Positions 9,537 to 18,033 of a stretch of DNA of 64,000 nucleotides are shown here, piece by piece (within the stretch, counting starts at the first letter, position 1; each line of letters starts with the position of its first letter). The translations under genes and the position numbers were made by a program. This DNA is from Chromatiales bacterium (GTDB lineage Bacteria > Pseudomonadota > Gammaproteobacteria > SZUA-152): assembly GCA_026982555.1 (NCBI GenBank), contig JALSGT010000036.1, forward strand, positions 13,854-77,853. The letters run 5' to 3'. Under the pieces are notes generated by a model that did no database searches, was not told where the DNA came from, and saw only the letters and a list, made by a program, of their open reading frames with translations.

Positions 9537-10232
9537 ATGGGTATATTTAACAAGTTATTGACCGCTGTGCGCGGTGGTGCAACAGAAGTGGGTGAGGCCA
9601 TTGTTGATTCGCAGGCAATTCGTATTTTGGAGCAGGAAATACGTGACTCAAAGAAAGCACTGCATGACGCCAAAACCGGTCTGACATCCATTATGGCTGA
9701 AAAAATGGGTGTTGACCGAAAAGTCAAAGACCTTGGCGAGAAAATTAAAGAGCATGAAGGCTATGCGATTCAGGCGATGGACAAGGGTGATGAAAACCTG
9801 GCATTGGAGATAGCGAACAAGATTGCTGAATTTGAGCATGAACTATCCATTCAGCAAGGCATACGTGATGGTTATGACACCAAAGTGGTCAGCCTGAAAA
9901 AAATGATCCGTCAAAGCGAGCGTAATATTCAAGCCATGGATCGCGAAGTGTCGGTGGTTAAAACAACGGCAAAAGTACAAAAGGCCAATGATCTGGCTTC
10001 AGCCAAGTTTTCAGGCTCAAATTCATCACTGAACAGTGCAACGGATTCATTGGAGCGCATCAAGGCGCGCCAGCAAAAGCGTGAAGATCAGGCGGCTGCG
10101 GCAATGGAATTGCATGCTGATGAAAACGGTGATGACCTGCAAGCCAAGTTGAAAAATGCCGGTATTGTAGATTCGGGCAGCTCAGGTTCATCGATTCTGG
10201 ATCGCTTGAAAAAACAGAAAGAGCAAAGTTAG
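9537..10232 (+). CDS. PspA/IM30 family protein (YjfJ-like)
   Basis: 231 aa, all alpha-helical and charged. PspA-family N-terminus MGIFNKLLTAVRGG...AIVDSQAIRILEQEIRD and long coiled coil; serine-rich C-terminus as in YjfJ. Confidence 0.8.
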   Translation: MGIFNKLLTAVRGGATEVGEAIVDSQAIRILEQEIRDSKKALHDAKTGLTSIMAEKMGVDRKVKDLGEKIKEHEGYAIQAMDKGDENLALEIANKIAEFEHELSIQQGIRDGYDTKVVSLKKMIRQSERNIQAMDREVSVVKTTAKVQKANDLASAKFSGSNSSLNSATDSLERIKARQQKREDQAAAAMELHADENGDDLQAKLKNAGIVDSGSSGSSILDRLKKQKEQS

Positions 10233-10234
10233 CC

Positions 10235-10876
10235 ATGGGTTTGTTTAAATCATTATTGGGTGGTGGCGATAAGTCACCACCCGCCCGTACCGTTGAATCC
10301 CCAAAAGATTTACAACCAGGGGATATGTTGAAAATGGAATTTTCGGAACAAGCGCTGATATCCGGGCAGACATTAAAAGTGTCTGAACAGGTGTTTTATG
10401 ACATCAGTGCCGTCGAAAACTGCAAAACCGTTTCCACTCTGGAAGGGGCTGATCAACGTGTATTGCTATCTGTCAGCACGGTGAACCCGGACCGGCCTCT
10501 GGAACTGGCTATATCCGTCCTCCCCGAAAAGGTCTTTGAGCTTTTTGGCCGTGATCAGTTTGTTGCTATTTTTGATGAGCCGGACAATACAGATCATCGT
10601 CTTCAGCGCCGCACCAACGTGGAGCTGGGTGAGCTACAGGGGTTTGTGGGTGACTCGTATTTTCAGGAGCGTACCAACGAAGCCTATCGCAGCAAAAAAG
10701 ACTGCCGCAGTGAAACATTAACCGATGCCGACTGGGGTGGATTTGATTATAAATTGCTGGTCACAGATGATCGATGCCATGCAGTACGTATTGAAGTGTA
10801 TGACGGTGGTCGCACCGATGTCTATTTGATTGCCTATCTGGCATTGAATAAAGTGGAAGAATATTGGCTTGCCTAA
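10235..10876 (+). CDS. YjfK-like protein (DUF2491)
   Basis: 213 aa. Begins MGLFKSLLGGG, typical of YjfK. Immediately follows the PspA-like gene, as in yjfJ-yjfK. Confidence 0.6.
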   Translation: MGLFKSLLGGGDKSPPARTVESPKDLQPGDMLKMEFSEQALISGQTLKVSEQVFYDISAVENCKTVSTLEGADQRVLLSVSTVNPDRPLELAISVLPEKVFELFGRDQFVAIFDEPDNTDHRLQRRTNVELGELQGFVGDSYFQERTNEAYRSKKDCRSETLTDADWGGFDYKLLVTDDRCHAVRIEVYDGGRTDVYLIAYLALNKVEEYWLA

Positions 10877-10877
10877 T

Positions 10878-11198
10878 ATGACAGCAAAAAAAAATATTCC
10901 CAGTGCCTGGACAAAATCAGACAAAAATATTCGTGCCGTTCAGGTAATATTCGAATTGGAACAGGAGCAATTCAAGGCGGTACGCATCAAAGCCATTGAG
11001 CAGAACCTGAGTCCGTCAGACTATATTCGTGATATTGTCGGTTTGCCACGAAAAAAGCCCATACGCCCCAGGCTGAGCATCAGCCTGTCGGCTGAAGATT
11101 ATGAAATATTAGCCAAGCGTTACCAGCTAACAGCTGACATGAAAGAAAAAATTCGTGAAAAAATCAAAGAGGAATTGGTTAACGCAACAAAAAAATGA
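10878..11198 (+). CDS. Small basic protein with two ribbon-helix-helix-like modules (putative DNA-binding regulator)
   Basis: About 106 aa from ATG 10878; the ORF track starts at TTG 10869. Two segments, VQVIFELEQEQFKAVRIKAIEQNLSPSDYIRDIV and LSISLSAEDYEILAKRYQLTADMKEKIREKI, each fit the beta-strand/helix/helix pattern of Arc/CopG/ParG-type RHH domains. Confidence 0.45.
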   Translation: MTAKKNIPSAWTKSDKNIRAVQVIFELEQEQFKAVRIKAIEQNLSPSDYIRDIVGLPRKKPIRPRLSISLSAEDYEILAKRYQLTADMKEKIREKIKEELVNATKK

Positions 11199-11312
11199 GC
11201 CTCTGGTTTAACCGTGCATCGGTTAAATGAGTACATTCGCTGAATAAAAACCCCCGTCGCAAGCTACGGGGAACTATGCCCATGGCGATTAAAAACGAAT
11301 AAAATTCACCCT

Positions 11313-12407
11313 ATGCATTCAATACTGCGTTATTTCATAAAAAAACGTAACCAGCTGAAACACGGCGCACAACATGAACTGATTCAGTCGATCAGAAAGT
11401 CGTGTTTTTTGTTAACGGTTATCTTCATTTTGCACATTGGTTTTATGGTGCATTATGAAGGCTTAAGCATGGGGGATGCCGCATGGCTGACGCTCACAAC
11501 AGCCACTACGGTAGGCTATGGCGACATGTCGGCCGGTACCACTCAAGGGCGCATTGCCACTGTTCTTCTGATTTATCTGGGCGGTATTTTTATATTAGCC
11601 AAAGTGGTCGGCGACTATTTTGATTATCGTTTCGCTGTGCGTGAACAAAAAACCAAAGGTCATTGGAGTTGGGACATGAACCAGCATATCGTTATTTTGA
11701 ATACACCCACATATTCTGGCGAGCGTTACCTGCAACGCCTGATACAACAGTTCAGAGCAACCGCTCACTACAAAGAAACGACGATTTATCTGTTAACACG
11801 ACAATTCCCGCAAGGCTTGCCCGACTTTATTACCCAGCTTGATAATGTGGTGCATTACAGTGGCAACTCCAGCAATCCACAGGATTTAATGTCTGTTTGT
11901 GTGGCACAAGCCCGTGAGGTCATTGTGCTGGCAAAAGATGAAAACGACGAAAGCTCCGATGGAAGAACGTTTGATATTTTACATCGTTTAAAAGACTTGA
12001 ATGTCAATGCCAACATTCTGGCAGAGTGTGTTGAAGATAATAATCGCAAGCGGCTTGAAGATGCAGGAGCCGATATTGTGATACGACCCATACGCGCATA
12101 CCCTGAAATGATTGTACGCGCTTTTGACACCCCGGGGTCAGAACGCATCATCGAAAATATGTTTAATGGTGAGGGGGATGAGTATCGGCGCTACGATGTG
12201 GAAATAAGTGATATGGACTGGTGTGATATAGTCGCTCGCTTAGTCACACATGATGTGGGCATTGCGGTGGCCTATGTTGATCGCCATAGCCAGGAGCTGG
12301 TATACAACCCCCCTGCCCGCACAAAACCGGATATACAGGCACTAATCACCATCAGTAAAGATGCTAGTATGCACAGCACTGCCGATGTAAAAGCATTGAT
12401 TTCATAG
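11313..12407 (+). CDS. Two-TM potassium channel with cytoplasmic C-terminal regulatory (RCK-like) domain
   Basis: 364 aa. Canonical K+ selectivity filter TTATTVGYGD, flanked by two hydrophobic helices (pore-loop architecture). A ~250 aa soluble domain follows. Confidence 0.8.
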   Translation: MHSILRYFIKKRNQLKHGAQHELIQSIRKSCFLLTVIFILHIGFMVHYEGLSMGDAAWLTLTTATTVGYGDMSAGTTQGRIATVLLIYLGGIFILAKVVGDYFDYRFAVREQKTKGHWSWDMNQHIVILNTPTYSGERYLQRLIQQFRATAHYKETTIYLLTRQFPQGLPDFITQLDNVVHYSGNSSNPQDLMSVCVAQAREVIVLAKDENDESSDGRTFDILHRLKDLNVNANILAECVEDNNRKRLEDAGADIVIRPIRAYPEMIVRAFDTPGSERIIENMFNGEGDEYRRYDVEISDMDWCDIVARLVTHDVGIAVAYVDRHSQELVYNPPARTKPDIQALITISKDASMHSTADVKALIS

Positions 12408-12416
12408 GAGTCAACA

Positions 12417-13346
12417 ATGCAGACCAATAAATCAAGGATATTGACTCATTCATTTGGGCTCCTGCTGATCGTTATTTTGTTATCAGCGTGCGGCAATCGC
12501 TTTGAGGCACAGCTGGGTGAAGCCCATAAAGCCGCACAATCCAGTCTGGCATATTTAAAGAGTCAACTCGATGCAGGCGAGCTAAGCAATGCCTTGTTAA
12601 TCGACAAGTACGCCACCACAATAATTCAGCAAAAGCCGGATTACACGGATATCGCCACATTATTGAAAAAAGAAGCAACCTCTCAGGGAAAAGCCTATAC
12701 CGCATTAACCCAAAGACTGGCAGCCGTCAGCCTGACACCGACCAGTACAGAAGCCGCCGCCAATGGCTTGCAGGAATTACAATTAATTAATACGGCTGCT
12801 GATGTTTATGAATTCAACAACAGTCTGGCAGATGTAGTCAATACGCTTGCCGCATTATCCGACGGCCAGCTGGCCGTCATTAATGTGCCTGCCTCACAGC
12901 GGACCAGTGCCCAGCAAACCAATGCGCTGGTCGGCAATCCAGCCTATGGCAGCTGGACACAAAATAGCAGCGGGCAATCGTTTTGGGCCTGGTATGGCAT
13001 GTATTCCATGTTTAACAACGTATTTGGCGGGAATCGTTATGATTACGGTTCATGGTCGTCACGCCCCCATTACAGCTATTACGGAAATTATGGCCGTGAC
13101 CGCTGGGGCTCAAACACGGATATTGCCAAAAACAAAAAATTAAGCCAACGCTATCCAAGCAGATACAACAAACCCAGTGCCGCAACCAATGCCCGTTATG
13201 CAACGACGGCCAAGCGCTCATCCAGTTATGGAGGTGCTCAGTCAAAATCGTCATCAAAATCATCCTCATCCCGCTATAGCTCGTATGGTTCCAGTAGCCG
13301 AAGTTCGTCCTATTCAGGCTCGCGCAGCTTTCGCTCAGGCAAATAA
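12417..13346 (+). CDS. Lipoprotein with Gly/Ser/Tyr-rich low-complexity C-terminal tail (possibly YjfM/DUF1190-like)
   Basis: 309 aa. Signal peptide with lipobox LLSAC-G. The C-terminal 120 aa is extremely S/Y/G/R-rich (SSSKSSSSRYSSYGSSSRSSSYSGSRSF). Confidence 0.55.
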   Translation: MQTNKSRILTHSFGLLLIVILLSACGNRFEAQLGEAHKAAQSSLAYLKSQLDAGELSNALLIDKYATTIIQQKPDYTDIATLLKKEATSQGKAYTALTQRLAAVSLTPTSTEAAANGLQELQLINTAADVYEFNNSLADVVNTLAALSDGQLAVINVPASQRTSAQQTNALVGNPAYGSWTQNSSGQSFWAWYGMYSMFNNVFGGNRYDYGSWSSRPHYSYYGNYGRDRWGSNTDIAKNKKLSQRYPSRYNKPSAATNARYATTAKRSSSYGGAQSKSSSKSSSSRYSSYGSSSRSSSYSGSRSFRSGK

Positions 13347-13357
13347 GGAAACAAACA

Positions 13358-14263
13358 ATGTTCATGGATTTTGTTAATGTAGACGTAGGCTTGGCCTCTT
13401 ATTATCTGGTGGATTTCCTGATCGCCGTGGCATTACTCAGTGCGATGCGTTTTTTCGCCGGCTTGATCGGTAACGTGTCCGCCACCAAAGAAATCTCACA
13501 TAATGACAATAAAGCATTTGGCATATCATTGGCGGGAGCCATGGTAGCCGTCAGTATTATGCTCATGGGTGTTGTTTCCGGTGAGGCTGGCTACAACCTG
13601 ATCAATGAAGCGCTAACGGTGATTTCCTTTGGTGTCATTGGCATAACACTGATGTGGTTGACACGCATTGCCTTTGATCGCGTCTCATTCCCCGGATTAT
13701 CCATTCACGATCAAATCATGAAAGGCAACATCGCTGCCAGCATCATTGATGCCTGCAACATGATCGCCACGGCCATTATTATCAAAGGGGCCATGATCTG
13801 GGTCGATGGTGATATGACAACAGCCATTTTTGCTGTCGTCATCAGCTTTATTGCCTCACAAATCATCATGGCGCTGGCAACCCTGTACCGCGTCAAAGTT
13901 TATGAAAAACGTCATAGCCATAAAGGAAAACAGCTACACGATGCCATTGAAGAAAATAATGTCGCTTTAGCGCTTCGCTTCAGTGCTTACCGGATAGGTA
14001 TTGCCATTGCTGTGAGCGCAGCCTTCACTGCGGTGGAATATGACGCCGATGCTTTCCTGTTCGTTTTTATGCTGTGGTTTGTGGTTGCCTTGGTGTTGTT
14101 TGTGTTGTTAACGCTGATCGCCATTGTGATTCGCCACGGGGTATTACCTCGCATTAATATCGGTGAAGAAGTGGGCGAGCAGAGAAACATTGCTGTTGGC
14201 GTTATTGAAGGGAGTATTTATATCGTTGTCGGTTTATTGCTGGCCGGACTCATTGGAGCTTAG
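13358..14263 (+). CDS. DUF350 (YjfL-like) multi-repeat inner membrane protein
   Basis: 301 aa polytopic membrane protein. Contains several repeats of the DUF350-type unit (acidic N-cap followed by a hydrophobic hairpin, e.g. YYLVDFLIAVALLSAMRFFAGLIGN...). Confidence 0.6.
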   Translation: MFMDFVNVDVGLASYYLVDFLIAVALLSAMRFFAGLIGNVSATKEISHNDNKAFGISLAGAMVAVSIMLMGVVSGEAGYNLINEALTVISFGVIGITLMWLTRIAFDRVSFPGLSIHDQIMKGNIAASIIDACNMIATAIIIKGAMIWVDGDMTTAIFAVVISFIASQIIMALATLYRVKVYEKRHSHKGKQLHDAIEENNVALALRFSAYRIGIAIAVSAAFTAVEYDADAFLFVFMLWFVVALVLFVLLTLIAIVIRHGVLPRINIGEEVGEQRNIAVGVIEGSIYIVVGLLLAGLIGA

Positions 14264-14292
14264 ACATCACCGCCATTCAGTTAGTGGTTCTC

Positions 14293-14372
14293 GGCCCCAT
14301 GCTCCTGCGTGGGGGTGCAATCGTGCCGACGTTTTGTCGCGGTATGGGTTCCCACGCGGAGCATGGGAGCCA
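14293..14372. other. Long imperfect hairpin (~18 bp stem, ~40 nt loop) in the DUF350/HExxH intergenic region
   Basis: ggccccatgctcctgcgtggg ... cccacgcggagcatgggagcc; the loop contains a small cgacgttttgtcg hairpin. Confidence 0.5.
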
Positions 14373-14429
14373 GAATGGACGCTTAACTTAATGACAGTGG
14401 ATTAGGACATGGGTGCGTAAAGCCGTTAT

Positions 14430-15074
14430 ATGACATTAACATCACGCCAGCGACTGCTTCTTTTTATTGTTATCGCCTTTGTTATTGATTACCTTCCGTT
14501 TGTCAATTTGCCTTTTTTATGGAGTGAAACGTTTTTTCATGAAATAAGCCATGGGCTTGCAGCGCTCGTAACGGGTGGCATGATTCAAAATATCATTTTG
14601 TCTTTTGATGGTTCCGGCGTTTGCACCACCCGTGGTGGTTCACGTTTTTTAATCAGTTTCTCCGGCTATGCAGGCAGCGCGCTATGGGGGCTGCTTATAT
14701 ACAGCGTTGCAGATACTCTTTCACCGAAGCATGCCAGGTTTGTGGTTGGCACGATGGTCATCATGCTGGGCGTGACTTTAATATTGTGGGCGCGCGATAT
14801 ATCGACCATTATCATTCTGCTGATTTTGTTGCTGATGTATACCCTGCCCCTGGTGAAATCACTGTGGTTCAGTGTTACGTTTTTCATTCAGCTGGTGGGC
14901 ATTTTTGTCATGCTGGATGCCATTCGCAGCCCCTTGTATCTGTTGGATGGCCGTGATCTTGGTGATGGTAGCAGTTTGGCACAACTAACCGGCTTGCCTG
15001 AATTTTTTTGGGTAGCATTATGGTTTGTTATTGCAGTTGGCTGCTTATACCGCTTGTGGGCAAAGCGCTTGTGA
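14430..15074 (+). CDS. Polytopic membrane protein with HExxH zinc-metalloprotease motif (M50/site-2-protease-like)
   Basis: 214 aa with 5-6 predicted TM helices. Motif FFHEISHGLAALVTGG lies at the start of a TM helix, as in intramembrane M50 metalloproteases. Confidence 0.5.
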   Translation: MTLTSRQRLLLFIVIAFVIDYLPFVNLPFLWSETFFHEISHGLAALVTGGMIQNIILSFDGSGVCTTRGGSRFLISFSGYAGSALWGLLIYSVADTLSPKHARFVVGTMVIMLGVTLILWARDISTIIILLILLLMYTLPLVKSLWFSVTFFIQLVGIFVMLDAIRSPLYLLDGRDLGDGSSLAQLTGLPEFFWVALWFVIAVGCLYRLWAKRL

Positions 15075-15112
15075 CATCATATTACATCCTGCCAAACAGA
15101 GACCGGTATTTT

Positions 15113-15140
15113 TGTGACTGACCGGGTACTGTCCTATAAT
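15113..15140 (+). promoter_or_regulatory. Putative sigma-70 promoter of argG
   Basis: TTGTGA, then a 16 nt spacer, then TATAAT; about 45 bp upstream of the argG ATG. Confidence 0.4.
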
Positions 15141-15184
15141 GGTGGGCTGCATCCATCTTATTACATCGAGTCAGGTTTACCGTC

Positions 15185-16402
15185 ATGTCAAAAACAAACA
15201 TCAAAAAAGTCGTTCTTGCCTATTCAGGCGGGTTGGACACTTCCATCATTCTCAAATGGTTGCAGGATGAATATGATTGTGAGGTGGTGACCTTCACCGC
15301 CGATATTGGTCAGGGCGAAGAAGTCGAACCAGCACGGGCCAAAGCGCAGGCGGCAGGCGTCAAAGAAATTTATATCGATGACCTGCGTGAGGAATATGCA
15401 CGCGATTTTGTCTTTCCCATGTTTCGCGCCAACGCGATTTACGAGGGTGAATATTTGCTGGGTACGTCCATAGCACGCCCTCTGATTTCCAAGCGCCAGA
15501 TTGAAATTGCCAATGAGACCGATGCCGATGCGGTGTCTCATGGCGCTACCGGCAAAGGCAACGATCAAGTCCGTTTTGAGTTGGGTTATTACGGCCTCAA
15601 ACCAGATGTACAGGTTATCGCCCCCTGGCGTGAATGGGATCTCAATTCACGCGAAAAACTGATGGCTTATGCCGAAGCCCATGGTATTCCCGTAGAACAA
15701 AAACGCGGTAAAAAATCACCTTATTCCATGGATGCCAACCTGCTGCATATTTCCTATGAAGGTGGCGTGCTGGAAGACCCCTGGGCTGCTCCGGAAGAAG
15801 ACATGTGGCGCTGGACGGTATCACCGGAAAATGCGCCGGATACAGCGACAGTCATCGAGCTGGATTTTGAAAACGGTGATATCGTTGCGATAGACGGACA
15901 AGCTATGAGCCCTGCGCAGGTGATGGCTCATCTCAATACAGTCGCGGGAGCCAATGGCATTGGCCGGGACGATATTGTGGAAAACCGTTATGTCGGCATG
16001 AAATCACGGGGCTGTTACGAAACTCCCGCCGGTACGGTAATGCTCAAGGCGCATCGTGCCATAGAGTCCATTACTCTGGATCGTGAAGTGGCACACCTGA
16101 AAGACGAACTGATGCCACGTTATGCCACGCTGATTTATAACGGCTACTGGTGGGCACCGGAGCGCAGGATGTTGCAGGAAATGATTAATGCCTCCCAGGT
16201 AACCGTCAATGGCCGGGTGCGGCTTAAGTTATACAAAGGTAATGTTATTGTTGAAGGTCGTGAGTCCGCCACAGACAGCTTGTTCGATGTTAACATTGCC
16301 ACCTTCGAAGATGACGAAGGTGCCTATAATCAACAGGATGCCGAGGGTTTCATCAAACTCAATGCTTTGCGCATGCGCATTGCCGCCAGAAAAGGCACCT
16401 GA
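15185..16402 (+). CDS. argG: Argininosuccinate synthase
   Basis: 405 aa. N-terminal PP-loop AYSGGLDTS; strong overall family match. Confidence 0.95.
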   Translation: MSKTNIKKVVLAYSGGLDTSIILKWLQDEYDCEVVTFTADIGQGEEVEPARAKAQAAGVKEIYIDDLREEYARDFVFPMFRANAIYEGEYLLGTSIARPLISKRQIEIANETDADAVSHGATGKGNDQVRFELGYYGLKPDVQVIAPWREWDLNSREKLMAYAEAHGIPVEQKRGKKSPYSMDANLLHISYEGGVLEDPWAAPEEDMWRWTVSPENAPDTATVIELDFENGDIVAIDGQAMSPAQVMAHLNTVAGANGIGRDDIVENRYVGMKSRGCYETPAGTVMLKAHRAIESITLDREVAHLKDELMPRYATLIYNGYWWAPERRMLQEMINASQVTVNGRVRLKLYKGNVIVEGRESATDSLFDVNIATFEDDEGAYNQQDAEGFIKLNALRMRIAARKGT

Positions 16403-16433
16403 CCCCCCCCCTTATGAATCATCGGTAACATAA

Positions 16434-16868
16434 TTATTTTTTGTTAGCGTGTTTTTGCACACACTGTAGGTATTGTGATTCGTCCGGCGCACGATTATTT
16501 CGCTGTGCCTCCCACAATGACTCTCCTAAACATTCCATGATTTGATGCTCCACCTCATGCATATCCTGCAAACGCAGCAATAGTTTTTGGTAGGCCAGTA
16601 CGATGCCATCTGGTCGATCAGTGGCCAGTTGTTCGCGAATTGCAATATGCATACCCATGTGCATAAAAGGGTTGGTTTCACCCATTTCAGGTAAAAAGTC
16701 CTTGTCCAGCGCATCTTCGCACTGCTCCAGCAGGACATGGTATTCCGGATGCAGTACAACCACTTCGGCGATCATTGCTTCCAGTGGTTGCATCAGTTCA
16801 CCACCTTGCTGTTTGCGCCAGGCGTCGAAGTACATTTGTCGAAGTTGATTGCGATCCTGTCCAAACAT
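16434..16868 (-). CDS. DUF1841 family protein
   Basis: 144 aa. MFGQDRNQLRQMYFDAWRK... is typical of the DUF1841 proteins often encoded next to nth. Its start overlaps the nth stop at 16868. Confidence 0.6.
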   Translation of the reverse strand: MFGQDRNQLRQMYFDAWRKQQGGELMQPLEAMIAEVVVLHPEYHVLLEQCEDALDKDFLPEMGETNPFMHMGMHIAIREQLATDRPDGIVLAYQKLLLRLQDMHEVEHQIMECLGESLWEAQRNNRAPDESQYLQCVQKHANKK

Positions 16869-17503
16869 TATTCGTATACCTTTTTCTTGTATTCACATAA
16901 ATCTTCGATCACGCAGGAGCCGCAACGCGGTTTGCGGGCAATACAAGTGTAACGCCCGTGCAGAATCAGCCAGTGATGCGCATCCAGCTTGAACTCGTCC
17001 GGCACAAATTTCAGTAGCTTTTTTTCCACTTCCAGCACGGTTTTACCCGGTGCAATACGAGTGCGATTGGACACCCGGAAAATATGCGTATCGACGGCAA
17101 TAGTAGGATGGCCAAAGGCCGTATTTAAGATCACATTGGCGGTTTTTCGCCCTACCCCGGGCAATGCCTCCAGCGCAGCACGGTCCTCCGGTACCACGCT
17201 GTTGTGCTGTTCGATCAGTATTTGACAGGCCTTGATAATATGTCTGGCTTTGCTGTTAAACAAACCAATGGTTTTGATGTATTTCTTCAGGCCATCCTCC
17301 CCTAGAGCCAAAATGGTCTCAGGGGTATTAGCCACCGGAAAGAGTTTGTTTGTGGCCTTGTTAACACCTTTGTCCGTAGCTTGTGCAGACAAGGTCACCG
17401 CCACCAGTAGCTCAAACGGTGTGTGAAAGTGGAGTTCAGTAGTGGGCTCAGGGATGTGCTGCCGCAGTCGTTGGAATATTTCTTGTCGTTTTTGTGCGTT
17501 CAT
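16868..17503 (-). CDS. nth: Endonuclease III (DNA glycosylase/AP lyase)
   Basis: 211 aa. HhH-GPD fold and C-terminal [4Fe-4S] cluster loop CIARKPRCGSCVIEDLC. Confidence 0.92.
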   Translation of the reverse strand: MNAQKRQEIFQRLRQHIPEPTTELHFHTPFELLVAVTLSAQATDKGVNKATNKLFPVANTPETILALGEDGLKKYIKTIGLFNSKARHIIKACQILIEQHNSVVPEDRAALEALPGVGRKTANVILNTAFGHPTIAVDTHIFRVSNRTRIAPGKTVLEVEKKLLKFVPDEFKLDAHHWLILHGRYTCIARKPRCGSCVIEDLCEYKKKVYE

Positions 17504-17855
17504 GGCGCGGGCATTCTAAACTGTTTTTGGCTGCAATGTTGTCATATGGCTTGCGTTGCCGGGCAGACCGGGTCGCCGCCCTTTTTGTGTATGCAATGAT
17601 GTGGCCTGGATGCAAAAAACACCCCGCGCCGCCGCAAGCCTTGTGCTATCAGGCGAAAAAAATGTCAAGACTTTTTGGGTTTATACACAATATTTTTTCC
17701 GGGTGAAAATAACCGTAATGTGTCGCAACAAATTTGACGGCAAGTTGTTGATAGCTTGTAACTCATTGAATAATATATAAAATACAATGTGGTCAAAAAG
17801 TGACCATTTTAAATGTGACACTGGTATTACAGCATGAAATGATTTTTTACCGCAG

Positions 17856-17890
17856 TTGTCCACAAAGTTATCCACAGGTTTTGTGGATAA
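17856..17890. promoter_or_regulatory. Cluster of three DnaA boxes in the nth/priA divergent intergenic region
   Basis: TTGTCCACA aag TTATCCACA ggtt TTGTGGATAA. One consensus TTATCCACA box, a one-mismatch box upstream, and an inverted consensus box forming a palindrome. Confidence 0.55.
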
Positions 17891-18033
17891 CCGGGAAAGC
17901 GATTGTACGACAAGCAGTTAGCGCCAGATGCTGACAATATCAGTGAGTCTTGATGGCTAGCGTTGCACTTGTTTGTGATCAGAAAGTATAAGGAAAGCCG
18001 CCATACGACCAGGTTCAGCCCAGGTCTGTTAAA

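Noticed and set aside
17504-18033. Chromosomal origin (oriC)
   Set aside because: Only three DnaA boxes and a single GATC. No 13-mer AT-rich DUE repeats and no dnaA/dnaN/gidA neighbours. More likely a DnaA-regulated promoter or titration site.
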